Source: an uncultured Prolixibacteraceae bacterium
GTDB lineage: Bacteria > Bacteroidota > Bacteroidia > Bacteroidales > FEN-979
Length of the DNA: 64,000 nucleotides
Reading direction: 5' to 3'
NCBI GenBank assembly: GCA_964449285.1
Contig: CAYUZX010000001.1
Location: 67,819 to 131,818, forward strand
The notes beneath the pieces were generated by a model that made no database searches, had not been told where the DNA came from, and was given only the letters and a program-made list of their open reading frames with translations. The first letter of the stretch is position 1. Each line of letters opens with the position of its first letter. Positions 54,636 through 63,555 of the stretch are shown here, piece by piece. A program made the translations under genes and the position numbers.

Positions 54636-56492
54636 ATGTTTCAGCCAGAAAATTATACCGACGATACCATTCGTTCCCTCGACTGGAAGCAACATATTCG
54701 TTTGCGTCCTGGCATGTATATCGGGAAGTTGGGTGATGGTGCTTCTCCCGATGATGGCATCTACGTTTTGATCAAAGAGATCCTTGATAACTCTGTGGAT
54801 GAATTTGTGATGGGTTCTGGAAAGACGATTGAAGTGACCATTCACGATCAGCAGGTTTGTGTGCGTGATTACGGACGCGGAATGCCATTGGGAAAGGTAG
54901 TGGAGTGTGTCTCAAAAATCAACACCGGGGCGAAGTATGATTCAAAGGTTTTTAAGAAAGCAGTTGGTCTCAATGGTGTGGGAGCTAAAGCAGTAAATGC
55001 GCTTTCAAGCTATTTCAAAGTGCAGTCGGTCCGCAACGGCCGCACTAAGATCGTAGAGTTTCAACGGGGGAGCCTGCTGAATGATGAAAAAGAGAAGGCG
55101 TGCGAACTCCGGAATGGAAGTCTGGTAACATTCACTCCCGATGATGAATTGTTTGGAAATTTCCACTTTATCCCAGAGTACGTTACCAAGATGCTGTGGA
55201 ACTACGTCTACCTGAACAATGGGCTGACGATTATCTTTAACGGAGAGAAGTTCTACTCTTCCAATGGGTTGCTCGATTTACTGAAGAGCAACCTTGACTC
55301 CCCGGTTATTTACCCCATTGTACACGTAAGGGAAGGCGATTTTGAATTTGCATTTACGCATTGCGAAATGTATGGGGAAGAGTATTACTCGTTTGTCAAT
55401 GGCCAGCATACTACGCAGGGTGGCACGCACCAGGCTGCCTTTCGGGAAGCATTGGTGAAGACGATCCGCGAGTTCTATAAGAAGGACTTTGATACCAATG
55501 ATATCAAAGCATCACTACTGGTTTCACTGAGCATCAAGGTTCAGGATCCCATTTTTGAATCCCAGACAAAGACCAAGCTGGGTTCTCAACTGATTGAACC
55601 TGATGGGCAGACGATCCGCAACTACATCATGGAAATCGTAAAACGGCATCTGGATAATTACCTTCATATAAATTCCGATACGGCAGAATCTCTACTGAAG
55701 AAGATTCTTCAGAGTGAGAAAGAGAGAAAGGAGCTTGCCAATATAAAGAAGATTGCCAAAGAGAGTGTGAAGAAGGTGAGTCTCCACAACAAGAAACTTC
55801 GCGATTGCCGTATTCATTACAACAATCATGACGATCGGAAATTTGAGACGACGATCTTCATCACCGAAGGGGATTCGGCTAGTGGTTCCATCACCAAAGC
55901 AAGGGATGTCAATACGCAGGCAGTATTTTCACTAAAAGGGAAACCGCTAAATGTCTACGGCTTGAGCAAGCGTGTGGTTTATGAGAACGATGAATTCAAT
56001 CTTCTGCAATCAGCGTTGAATCTTGAAGAGGGTCTGGAGAATCTCCGTTATAACCATGTTGTGGTTGCAACCGATGCTGATGTTGACGGTATGCATATTC
56101 GGTTGTTACTCCTTACGTTTTTTCTGCAGTTTTATCCCGATCTGGTGCGTAACGGCCATCTGTTTATTTTGCAAACACCTCTCTTTCGTGTCCGCAATAA
56201 ACAGAAAACATACTATTGCTATTCTGATGAGGAAAAGCAACAAGCGATTGAAAAGCTGGGTAATAATCCTGAAATTACACGCTTTAAAGGGCTGGGGGAG
56301 ATATCTCCGGATGAGTTCAGCCATTTCATCGGAACCAATATCCGACTTGACCCGGTCCTCCTTTCCAAAGATTCCTCAATTCAGGAGGTACTCGCTTTTT
56401 ACATGGGGAAAAACACACCAGAGAGGCAGGGCTTCATCATCGACAATCTCAGGATGGATAATGACATTTTGCTCAATCCACAATTAAATTAA
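54636..56492 (+). CDS. parE: Type IIA topoisomerase subunit B (topoisomerase IV ParE-type, about 618 aa)
   Basis: [51 protein letters not shown] and [10 protein letters not shown]. Confidence 0.85.
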   Translation: MFQPENYTDDTIRSLDWKQHIRLRPGMYIGKLGDGASPDDGIYVLIKEILDNSVDEFVMGSGKTIEVTIHDQQVCVRDYGRGMPLGKVVECVSKINTGAKYDSKVFKKAVGLNGVGAKAVNALSSYFKVQSVRNGRTKIVEFQRGSLLNDEKEKACELRNGSLVTFTPDDELFGNFHFIPEYVTKMLWNYVYLNNGLTIIFNGEKFYSSNGLLDLLKSNLDSPVIYPIVHVREGDFEFAFTHCEMYGEEYYSFVNGQHTTQGGTHQAAFREALVKTIREFYKKDFDTNDIKASLLVSLSIKVQDPIFESQTKTKLGSQLIEPDGQTIRNYIMEIVKRHLDNYLHINSDTAESLLKKILQSEKERKELANIKKIAKESVKKVSLHNKKLRDCRIHYNNHDDRKFETTIFITEGDSASGSITKARDVNTQAVFSLKGKPLNVYGLSKRVVYENDEFNLLQSALNLEEGLENLRYNHVVVATDADVDGMHIRLLLLTFFLQFYPDLVRNGHLFILQTPLFRVRNKQKTYYCYSDEEKQQAIEKLGNNPEITRFKGLGEISPDEFSHFIGTNIRLDPVLLSKDSSIQEVLAFYMGKNTPERQGFIIDNLRMDNDILLNPQLN

Positions 56493-57070
56493 TCCTCTTT
56501 CCTTTGTAGTGGCCAGAAATGAGTTGAGAAACTCATACTCTTTTCACGTTTTTTAATAAGATCTTTTAATTCGAACAGCATATGTGAATTTACTTCTGCT
56601 GCCATCGGGATAACATATTCTTTTGTCTCTTCAATGTATCTTTTGATAAACTCCTTATCAAATGTATCTGAATGCAGGTCGATGATGTTACTGATGCGGT
56701 CGGCACATTTCAGTATTTTGGCGGTGGTGGAGCCCTCCATCAAAATACGTTTGAGAAACTCCGGCTTGGATTCGTTGTTCTTCCGGGAAACCTCAATAAC
56801 CAAATCATATACTTGTGGCCCATCCTCGTCGAGACTCATAATCTCCTCTTTGGTAACCCATTTTACATCTTCAAACACATCATGAATCATCGCTGCTTTC
56901 AATAGCACCGGGTCGATGTAGTGATAATCCAGAAGAATTGCAAACGTGCTGAATGCATGCCGGAACTGATTTCCTCCGACATACCTGTACTTTCCTCGCA
57001 GAGCGGTACTTTTTTGTACATAAGGCGCCAGAACCAGTTTTTCCAGCGCTTTTTCTTCAAAATTCTCCAT
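56489..57070 (-). CDS. HD-domain phosphohydrolase
   Basis: H...HD pattern (RHAFST..., [10 protein letters not shown]). Confidence 0.65.
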   Translation of the reverse strand: MENFEEKALEKLVLAPYVQKSTALRGKYRYVGGNQFRHAFSTFAILLDYHYIDPVLLKAAMIHDVFEDVKWVTKEEIMSLDEDGPQVYDLVIEVSRKNNESKPEFLKRILMEGSTTAKILKCADRISNIIDLHSDTFDKEFIKRYIEETKEYVIPMAAEVNSHMLFELKDLIKKREKSMSFSTHFWPLQRKED

Positions 57071-58583
57071 AAAGCGAAAGAAATGCGTTTCCGATGTTAT
57101 TGATGATATCGTTGGCCGTAAGGGCCTCCTGGCCGTTGACTTTAGCGGCCATATCTCCTGCTAAACCGTGCAGATATACACCCAGCAAAGAGGCTTCAAG
57201 TGGAGGGTAATGCTGGGCAACAAGTCCTGTAATGATCCCGGTAAGCACATCACCGCTTCCTCCTGTTGCCATCCCAGGATTCCCTGTTGTGTTGAAGAAA
57301 CATCGTCCGTTAGGTGTTGTGATGGCTGTATAGGCCCCTTTCAATACAATATAACAGGCGTATTTACGTGAGAGTTCCCGCTGAAGTTGATTGCGTTGAA
57401 AGTCGTCTGATGTCTTACCAGCGATCCGTTCAAACTCTTTGGGATGTGGTGTGAGAATGCAGCCAGGCGGAAGAAAACTAAGCCAGGTTTTGTTTTCACC
57501 AAGGATATTGATGGCGTCAGCATCAATGATCAAGGGTAATCCTGTCTGGATCAGATGTTTGAAGCCATCACCGGTCGTTTTATTCAGGCCGATACCCGGT
57601 CCAATGCCGACGGCAGTATACCCATCCAGTTTAGGCAACGAGCTGAAGCACATTTCATCCGGATCGATTGATAGCATGGCTTCAGGTACGGCAGTTTGCA
57701 AAATATCCACCCCCGATAAAGGAACCAGCACAGTGACAAGACCGGAACCCGACCTCAGGCAAGCTTTTGCAGCCAGGACGGCGGCTCCCATTTTTCCTCT
57801 CATGCCGCAGATCAGCAGGGAGTGACCGAATGTCCCTTTGTGGGCGAATTTCTTACGTTTACGGAGGAGGGGTTTAATACTGGCAACAGTGACCATAAAA
57901 TTATTCACGTCAGCTTGTATAAGATACTCTTCTGAAAGCCCAATGTCGAGCAGAATCCACTCTCCGATATAGGGGTCGTTTTCGGGGAAGAAGAAGGCAA
58001 GTTTTGGCGGAGCAAAAGTGAGAGTATAGTCTGCCATGATGACAGCCGGATGGTTCTCACTATTTATTGTCTCATCAATCAAGAGACCAGAAGGGACATC
58101 GATGGAAACAACCAGTGATTCAAGTTTGTTGACGAACTGAATGAGCTCGGCGAAGAATCCAGTGGCTGGACGGGTCAATCCGCTTCCGAACAGGGCGTCG
58201 ATAACCAGGGTCTCATCCCCAACTCCTTCCCAATCGGGGAGGGTGGAGGGGTGCTCAGTTAAAAGGCATCGGTCGTCGCACAGCAGTTTGTACCGCTCCA
58301 GGTTAACTTTACAACTGGGTGATAGACGGTCCTGTGAACCGGCAAGGAGTAATTCAACATGGTAATCTTTCTCAGCAAGCATTCTTGCAATTGCTAGCCC
58401 GTCACCGCCATTATTTCCTGCTCCGGCGATAACCTTAACGGAGCGGGAAGAGGAAATATGCTGATAAAGCCATTCAAAACACTTACGGGCAGCCCGTTCC
58501 ATCAGATCTATGTCCTTAATCGGCTCGTGTTCAATGGTGTACGCATCGGCTTCGCGGATTTTTTCGACAGGTAGAATCTTCAT
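57057..58583 (-). CDS. nnr: Bifunctional NAD(P)H-hydrate repair enzyme (epimerase/dehydratase)
   Basis: YjeF_N (AGAGNNGGDG) and a carbohydrate-kinase domain (GGSGDVLTG). ATG at 58583 (MKILPVEKIREAD) is preferred. Confidence 0.85.
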   Translation of the reverse strand: MKILPVEKIREADAYTIEHEPIKDIDLMERAARKCFEWLYQHISSSRSVKVIAGAGNNGGDGLAIARMLAEKDYHVELLLAGSQDRLSPSCKVNLERYKLLCDDRCLLTEHPSTLPDWEGVGDETLVIDALFGSGLTRPATGFFAELIQFVNKLESLVVSIDVPSGLLIDETINSENHPAVIMADYTLTFAPPKLAFFFPENDPYIGEWILLDIGLSEEYLIQADVNNFMVTVASIKPLLRKRKKFAHKGTFGHSLLICGMRGKMGAAVLAAKACLRSGSGLVTVLVPLSGVDILQTAVPEAMLSIDPDEMCFSSLPKLDGYTAVGIGPGIGLNKTTGDGFKHLIQTGLPLIIDADAINILGENKTWLSFLPPGCILTPHPKEFERIAGKTSDDFQRNQLQRELSRKYACYIVLKGAYTAITTPNGRCFFNTTGNPGMATGGSGDVLTGIITGLVAQHYPPLEASLLGVYLHGLAGDMAAKVNGQEALTANDIINNIGNAFLSLYGEF

Positions 58584-58585
58584 GA

Positions 58586-58951
58586 CTAATCGATCATTCC
58601 CCAAAAGGGCATGGTAGCAAGAATTCCGAATATGACCAGAATGATGATCACAAAAAAGATGATGGCGACCGTAAGGCCAATAAATGCACAGATTCGTCCC
58701 GCTTTCAGGTTGTTAAAGGAACTCAGCGTATATCCAGAACTGTTGGAGGTGTAGAGGGCCATATCCTTAGCTGATAAAACAAGGGCTACAATGCTTAGGA
58801 TTACGCCAATGATCGAAACATACCAGATGCTGAATACGATGGAGAGGATTCCGAGGATCAAGACTGATGTTGAGTTGGGGAGATTTTGCTGCGTTGGTTG
58901 TGAGAACAGGTTATCCTGACCAAGTGCAGGATGTGCATGTTGTTCTTCCAT
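58586..58951 (-). CDS. Small membrane protein with two or three TM segments (DUF4190-like)
   Basis: 121 aa: a polar N-terminus followed by hydrophobic segments. Confidence 0.5.
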   Translation of the reverse strand: MEEQHAHPALGQDNLFSQPTQQNLPNSTSVLILGILSIVFSIWYVSIIGVILSIVALVLSAKDMALYTSNSSGYTLSSFNNLKAGRICAFIGLTVAIIFFVIIILVIFGILATMPFWGMID

Positions 58952-59005
58952 AATGCTGAATTTTTGGTGAAAAGCAAAGGTAAAGGTAGGAATTTTTTAA
59001 ACACT

Positions 59006-59956
59006 TCAAAAGTAGAGAGGGTGAAATTTGAACTGACCTTTTGTATTGTATTCAAGAGCGGGGAAGGGGATCTTAACCAGGTTTAGAATGGTGAAGATCC
59101 CTTTTAATACCTTTGACTTGGTTCGGATCTTTGTGAGGTCCACATCCAGCGACAGATAGAATTTTCGATATCGGTCAAACTCCGGAACATTAACCCCCAT
59201 GCCTTCTGCCCCATATCCTACTGCCACATTTAGCCATCTAGGGAATTTAGCGTGTTTTGGCAGGAACGAATGGATATTTCCCGAGACCCAGATTGACATT
59301 CCGTTATAATCCTTTACCAGGTTCTGGATGATGTTTGTGCCAAGAAGTTCAGGATTATACTGTGGGTACTTACTTGGATGATAAGAGTATTTGAGTACAA
59401 AACGTTGTTCATGCCATCCGAATTGTTGCCCCAGGAAGAGGAGGCATCCTGCTGTATTGGCAGTGAGGTCACCCAATGAGAAACCCCACCCGGCAGAGAA
59501 TCCATCCAGGATCTCAATATTGAGCATGAAGGCATAGGAGAGCAGGCTCCCGAAAATGATGGCTTTCTTCTCTTTCACTCCCGCCCAGCGATATGATGCA
59601 TATACAATGCTGCTGAGGTAGTAGGAGGAGAATAAATGGCCCGTTTTGTCCATCTGGAGCCATTCGGTGTTGTCGTTGAAAAAATGAAACTTACTCTGAG
59701 CATAATCTTTGTACCAGAGAAAATAGAGCCCGGTGAGGGAACCGGCATAGATTGCTCCCTGGGCTGTAAGAACACCGATGAGCCGGCCTTGGTGGAGAGT
59801 GTCCGGATAGAGGGGGTTAGGCTCTATATACCGCCGTTTATTCAGGGTCTGCTTCTCTGAGACCTGAGGAATAGCATCTGTCGAGTCCGAAACCTGTTGA
59901 CCCATGCTATTCAGCTGAAACAGCGACAGAATACACACAACAAGCAATCCCTTCAT
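59006..59956 (-). CDS. DUF2279-like secreted/outer-membrane-associated protein
   Basis: Signal peptide MKGLLVVCILSLF from the ATG at 59956 and the motif NDNTEWLQMDKTGH. The track's 26-aa extension is array-encoded. Confidence 0.6.
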   Translation of the reverse strand: MKGLLVVCILSLFQLNSMGQQVSDSTDAIPQVSEKQTLNKRRYIEPNPLYPDTLHQGRLIGVLTAQGAIYAGSLTGLYFLWYKDYAQSKFHFFNDNTEWLQMDKTGHLFSSYYLSSIVYASYRWAGVKEKKAIIFGSLLSYAFMLNIEILDGFSAGWGFSLGDLTANTAGCLLFLGQQFGWHEQRFVLKYSYHPSKYPQYNPELLGTNIIQNLVKDYNGMSIWVSGNIHSFLPKHAKFPRWLNVAVGYGAEGMGVNVPEFDRYRKFYLSLDVDLTKIRTKSKVLKGIFTILNLVKIPFPALEYNTKGQFKFHPLYF

Positions 59957-59962
59957 CTTTAT

Positions 59963-59990
59963 TAATTCGTAATTCCTAATTCTTAATTCG
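59963..59990. repeat. Heptamer array taattcg taattcc taattct taattcg
   Basis: Four units in exact register. Contains the mltG stop (59976-59978) and its last four codons. Confidence 0.9.
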
Positions 59991-61016
59991 ATTAAGCGCC
60001 TCCTGATACCGCTTTGCATTTCTGTTGTGTTCAATCAGGGTAGAGGAAAAAATATGGTATCCAGAGAAATCCTCTTTGGCACAAAAGTACATATACTGAT
60101 GATTCCGGTAGTTTAACACTGCATCGATCGAGGAGATTGATGGGAGACAGATCGGGCCCGGAGGAAATCCAGGGTTTTTATAGGTATTGTAAGGGGAAAT
60201 GATCTCTTTGTGTAAGTCAAGGACTCGTTTGATCGTGAAATCATTCCATGCATAGATCAGGGTTGGGTCAGCCTGAAGAGGCCATTTTTTGTGAAGGCGG
60301 TTGATATAGACTCCAGCAATCATAGGTTTTTCATCATTCTTCGAAGTCTCTTTTTCAATGATTGACGCAAGTATCACCACTTCAGGGATGCTTAAACCGA
60401 TTGAGTCAGCTTTCTTTGCTCGATTTCCCTGCCAGAATTTCGTGGATTCTGTTGCCATGCGAGCTACAAACTCTTCCGCGGTAGAGTTCCACCACATCTC
60501 ATACGTGTTGGGAATGGTCATCGTGAAAAGGGTCAATGGAGTGATATTGTATTGAGTGAGGAAATTTTCATCTGAAAAAAGTTTCAGCAAACTCAGGCTA
60601 TCTGCTTCGATTTGGCGGGCGACCTTTCCTGCGAGTTCGTCACGCTTCCTGATACTATGAAACGAAACCTTAACAGGAGTTTGCAGCCCCCGGATGAGCA
60701 TATTAACCAGCTCATGGGCACTCATCCTGTTCTTAAGCAAATACCTGCCGGGCTTGAAGTATTGATCGTATTTTCCTAACTCAACGTAGTTCTCAAAGAG
60801 TTTTTTCTTACTGACGTAATCATGACTATACAGGCTGTCTTTCACCTGATTGAACCCTCCCCCGGAAGGAATATATAACCAGGCATGGTCCAGATCTCCC
60901 AGGTTAATGACTGCGCTGTGGATTCTGAAATAGAGACGTTCAACACCCACTAACAGGAAAATAAGGATAAGGAATGGAGTGATACGCAAAAGAAGAATCT
61001 GAAGGAATAGACGCAT
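59976..61016 (-). CDS. mltG: Endolytic murein transglycosylase MltG (YceG-like)
   Basis: N-terminal TM segment, ILASIIEKE catalytic region and NTYKNPGFPPGPI. Confidence 0.85.
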   Translation of the reverse strand: MRLFLQILLLRITPFLILIFLLVGVERLYFRIHSAVINLGDLDHAWLYIPSGGGFNQVKDSLYSHDYVSKKKLFENYVELGKYDQYFKPGRYLLKNRMSAHELVNMLIRGLQTPVKVSFHSIRKRDELAGKVARQIEADSLSLLKLFSDENFLTQYNITPLTLFTMTIPNTYEMWWNSTAEEFVARMATESTKFWQGNRAKKADSIGLSIPEVVILASIIEKETSKNDEKPMIAGVYINRLHKKWPLQADPTLIYAWNDFTIKRVLDLHKEIISPYNTYKNPGFPPGPICLPSISSIDAVLNYRNHQYMYFCAKEDFSGYHIFSSTLIEHNRNAKRYQEALNRIKN

Positions 61017-61021
61017 AAGAG

Positions 61022-61558
61022 TTACAGAATCCGTTGGTACATATATTCATCCAGCCACTCTTCACCGGCATTAATCCATTGTTTTTTCTGTCCGCAACGG
61101 ATGAAACTATTCCTTTCAAATAAGCGGATACTGACGAGATTATCTGATGAAATGTTACAAAATAGTTGATTCAGGTGAAGGCCTTCAGAGGCATACCGGA
61201 CCAAGGTATTCAAGGCTTCTGCAGCATACCCTTTTCCTCTGAACTCCTTGGCGATCATAATCCCCACGCCGGCCCGAAGATGCACCGGGTCAAATTCGAA
61301 CAAGTCGATGGTCCCGATAGTAACAGAAGCAGCCTCTTCCTTTGGCAGAGAGATCATGAGCCTAAGTTGTTGGGCAGAAAAAATATCCCGTTTGGCATTC
61401 AGTACATATTCCTCAATCTCAAAGCGTGAAAACGGAGTAATGGTGTTACTTACTTTCCATACGGAGATATCGTTCTCCCATTCAAGCAGCAGGTCAACAT
61501 CTGAAGGTTCAACTGCTCGGAGGATGAGGTTAAGGCCGGTTAATAGGTCATTGGTCAT
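61022..61558 (-). CDS. GNAT-family N-acetyltransferase
   Basis: RGKGYAAEAL acetyl-CoA motif. ATG at 61558 (MTNDLLTG) is preferred; the upstream 12 codons are array-encoded. Confidence 0.8.
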   Translation of the reverse strand: MTNDLLTGLNLILRAVEPSDVDLLLEWENDISVWKVSNTITPFSRFEIEEYVLNAKRDIFSAQQLRLMISLPKEEAASVTIGTIDLFEFDPVHLRAGVGIMIAKEFRGKGYAAEALNTLVRYASEGLHLNQLFCNISSDNLVSIRLFERNSFIRCGQKKQWINAGEEWLDEYMYQRIL

Positions 61559-61565
61559 AGTTGTT

Positions 61566-61651
61566 GGTTGCTGGTTGCTGGTTTCAGGTTTCAAATTTCA
61601 AGTTTATGTCTGCTGAATTTCGTATTTCCGTATTTCATATTTCTACATTTC
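61566..61651. repeat. Period 7/8 array ggttgct ggttgct ggtttca ggtttca aatttca agtttat gtctgct gaatttc gtatttc cgtatttc atatttc tacatttc
   Basis: Twelve units fill the entire dapF-GNAT spacer and include the dapF stop (61643-61645). Confidence 0.85.
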
Positions 61652-62485
61652 CATCTCTCCTGAAAACACAAACTCAGCCGGGCCTTCCAGCCAGATATTC
61701 GTGAATGCTCCATTTTCAAACTGGAAGGAGACGGCCAACTGACCGCCAAGAGTTTCAATTTTAATGTTGGATGCCTGAGGAGTTTGTTTCGTCACTTTGT
61801 TCCTTGCAATGACATGATTGCCCCCTGCAAACTGCGAACTACCAACTGCGAGAGCCGCTGCCGTCACCCCGGTCCCGCAGGAGAGGGTCTCATCCTCCAC
61901 ACCCCGTTCATAGGTTCTGACAAAAAGCCCGTTATCCATTTTCTCTACAAAATCGACGTTGATTCCATCAGGAGCATATTGTGAATCATACCGAAGCTTT
62001 CGTCCTTCAATAACGACATCTATCTCTCTCACATGATCCTTGAAGAGAACCAGGTGGGGAGAGCCGGTATCAATTTGAAATTCGAAATTTGGAATGCGGT
62101 ATGCATCTGGAGAGACATCCGACATTCGTAATTTTACCAATGTTATATTCCCTTCTTCATTCAAAACTTCAGCCGTATGGTCCCCATCGATGGCCAGGAA
62201 TGTGGCATGTTTATCAAGAATCCCCAGCGAATTTGCGAATGCAGTAATACACCTGCCACCGTTTCCGCACATGGTGCTCTCTTTTCCATCGGAGTTATAG
62301 TACTTCATGCCGAAATCATATCCAGTCTCGGAGATAAGGAATATGAGCCCATCGGCTCCGATACCGAAATGACGGTCACAGAGATGTACAATATCCCCGA
62401 TTGACAAGTGGATACTGGCTTCACGGTTGTCGATGAGGATGAAGTCGTTCCCTGTGCCGTGGTATTTGGAAAAAGTCAGTTTCAT
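61643..62485 (-). CDS. dapF: Diaminopimelate epimerase
   Basis: GTGNDFILID and the two catalytic Cys motifs MCGNGGRC and LSCGTGVTA. Confidence 0.9.
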   Translation of the reverse strand: MKLTFSKYHGTGNDFILIDNREASIHLSIGDIVHLCDRHFGIGADGLIFLISETGYDFGMKYYNSDGKESTMCGNGGRCITAFANSLGILDKHATFLAIDGDHTAEVLNEEGNITLVKLRMSDVSPDAYRIPNFEFQIDTGSPHLVLFKDHVREIDVVIEGRKLRYDSQYAPDGINVDFVEKMDNGLFVRTYERGVEDETLSCGTGVTAAALAVGSSQFAGGNHVIARNKVTKQTPQASNIKIETLGGQLAVSFQFENGAFTNIWLEGPAEFVFSGEMEM

Positions 62486-62490
62486 TGCTG

Positions 62491-62516
62491 CAAATCTAAC
62501 GAATTAAATAATTTTG
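62491..62516. promoter_or_regulatory. Divergent -7 boxes: TAGATTTG (minus, 62498-62491, 5 nt from the dapF ATG) and TAATTTTG (plus, 62509-62516, 10 nt from the ATG at 62527)
   Basis: Both are exact TAnnTTTG matches. Confidence 0.45.
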
Positions 62517-62526
62517 CAGCGAATAA

Positions 62527-62703
62527 ATGCAGATGAAAGGCGATCCAAGGCGCTACACGATCCTTGATGAGTTGAACATAACGTTTGACCAGATCAGTTT
62601 CCATCCCTGTGTCAATACGGCTTCGTTAGTGGTCCGGTATCCCGACTTTGAGAAATTTCTCAAGTATTGTGGGAATACCTATGAGTATTTGGAGCTGTAC
62701 TGA
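62527..62703 (+). CDS. Small hypothetical protein, 58 aa, below the ORF-track cutoff
   Basis: My translation: MQMKGDPRRYTILDELNITFDQISFHPCVNTASLVVRYPDFEKFLKYCGNTYEYLELY. Balanced composition, its own -7 box, and it fills an otherwise empty 280-nt spacer. Confidence 0.4.
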   Translation: MQMKGDPRRYTILDELNITFDQISFHPCVNTASLVVRYPDFEKFLKYCGNTYEYLELY

Positions 62704-62708
62704 ATAGT

Positions 62709-62778
62709 GAAGTATCGAAGCGAAATAAACGGATATCCATAATCTCGAATTGCATATAGCCAATCGGTTAACCGTTAA
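62709..62778. repeat. Degenerate period-7 tract (tgaagta tcgaagc gaaataa acggata tccataa tctcgaa ttgcata tagccaa tcggtta accgtta)
   Basis: 7 of 10 units start with t and 9 of 10 end with a. Shares agcgaaataa with the array at 6720. Ends in the palindrome cggttaaccg (62765-62774) over the trmJ-like stop. Confidence 0.45.
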
Positions 62779-63454
62779 ACCGCTTTTCCAGTTTATCCAG
62801 GAAAGAGAGCACCAGATTCACATCATCATCAGATAACAGGGCCAGCCGCTCAAAAATCCTGGGATAGATGTTCGAATCCTTTCTGAAATTGATCTCTTTC
62901 ATTGTGGTTTCAAACATATCAATCATCTTCTGATATTTACCTGTTGGAGTCTCTTTAGGTTGTCTCCATGTAGCTGTGGAGAAAGGAGAGAGGACATAGG
63001 CATAAAGCATCACAGCATGTGAGAGGTTGAGCGAAGGATATTTCTGTCTCATCGGGATGAATGAGATGATGTCGCATAGAGCAACCTGCTCATTGGAGAG
63101 GCCGCTCTCCTCTCCTCCAAAAACGATTGCGATTCGTTTCGCTGAATATTTTTTTGCATCCAGAATCTCAGGCAATCGCTCAATATGATGATAGTCATGT
63201 CTCACCGATCGCTTTTTCATGGATGTGGCTATGCTGAAATCAATGTCCTTCAGGGCAGTTTCCAGATCGGAGCAGATAGCAGCTTTTTCCAGTATCTCTC
63301 GTGAGCCATGGGCAACATGAAACGCTTTTTCCTGGGGGAAATTCGGAGAATTCACCAGCCTGAGTGATTCAAATCCCATGGTGTTGATCGCGCGTGCAGC
63401 TGCTCCGATATTTTCGGGCAGTGCAGGTTCAACCAGAATGAATGTAATGTTCAT
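62768..63454 (-). CDS. SpoU-family tRNA/rRNA 2'-O-methyltransferase (TrmJ-like)
   Basis: MNITFILVEPALPENIGAAARAINTMGF and FGGEESGLSNE. ATG at 63454 lies 10 nt downstream of TATTTTTG (63472-63465). Confidence 0.8.
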   Translation of the reverse strand: MNITFILVEPALPENIGAAARAINTMGFESLRLVNSPNFPQEKAFHVAHGSREILEKAAICSDLETALKDIDFSIATSMKKRSVRHDYHHIERLPEILDAKKYSAKRIAIVFGGEESGLSNEQVALCDIISFIPMRQKYPSLNLSHAVMLYAYVLSPFSTATWRQPKETPTGKYQKMIDMFETTMKEINFRKDSNIYPRIFERLALLSDDDVNLVLSFLDKLEKRFNG

Positions 63455-63543
63455 AAGCCTTCGGCAAAAATACAAATTCCGGAATTCACCGTGGAAAAAC
63501 GGGTATCTACCGAAACGATGTTTTCGAAACGATTCTCATAGAA

Positions 63544-63551
63544 TAATTTTG
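63544..63551 (+). promoter_or_regulatory. -7 box TAATTTTG upstream of the last gene
   Basis: Exact TAnnTTTG, 4 nt before the ATG at 63556. Confidence 0.4.
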
Positions 63552-63555
63552 CTTC

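Noticed and set aside
4331-61651. Interpreting the tandem arrays as CRISPR arrays or REP/terminator hairpins
   Set aside because: Units are contiguous with no unique spacers, only 7-8 nt long, and lack dyad symmetry. No cas genes are present. They are therefore reported as a separate repeat family.
8891-63475. ORF-track N-terminal extensions (starts at 3749, 8891, 13142, 29608, 39436, 46702, 47306, 49017, 54576, 58604, 60034, 61594, 63475)
   Set aside because: Each extension overlaps a -7 promoter box, a heptamer array or the upstream gene, and has non-protein-like sequence. An internal ATG (TTG for lolE) gives an N-terminus typical of the family. Corrected coordinates are in the feature list.
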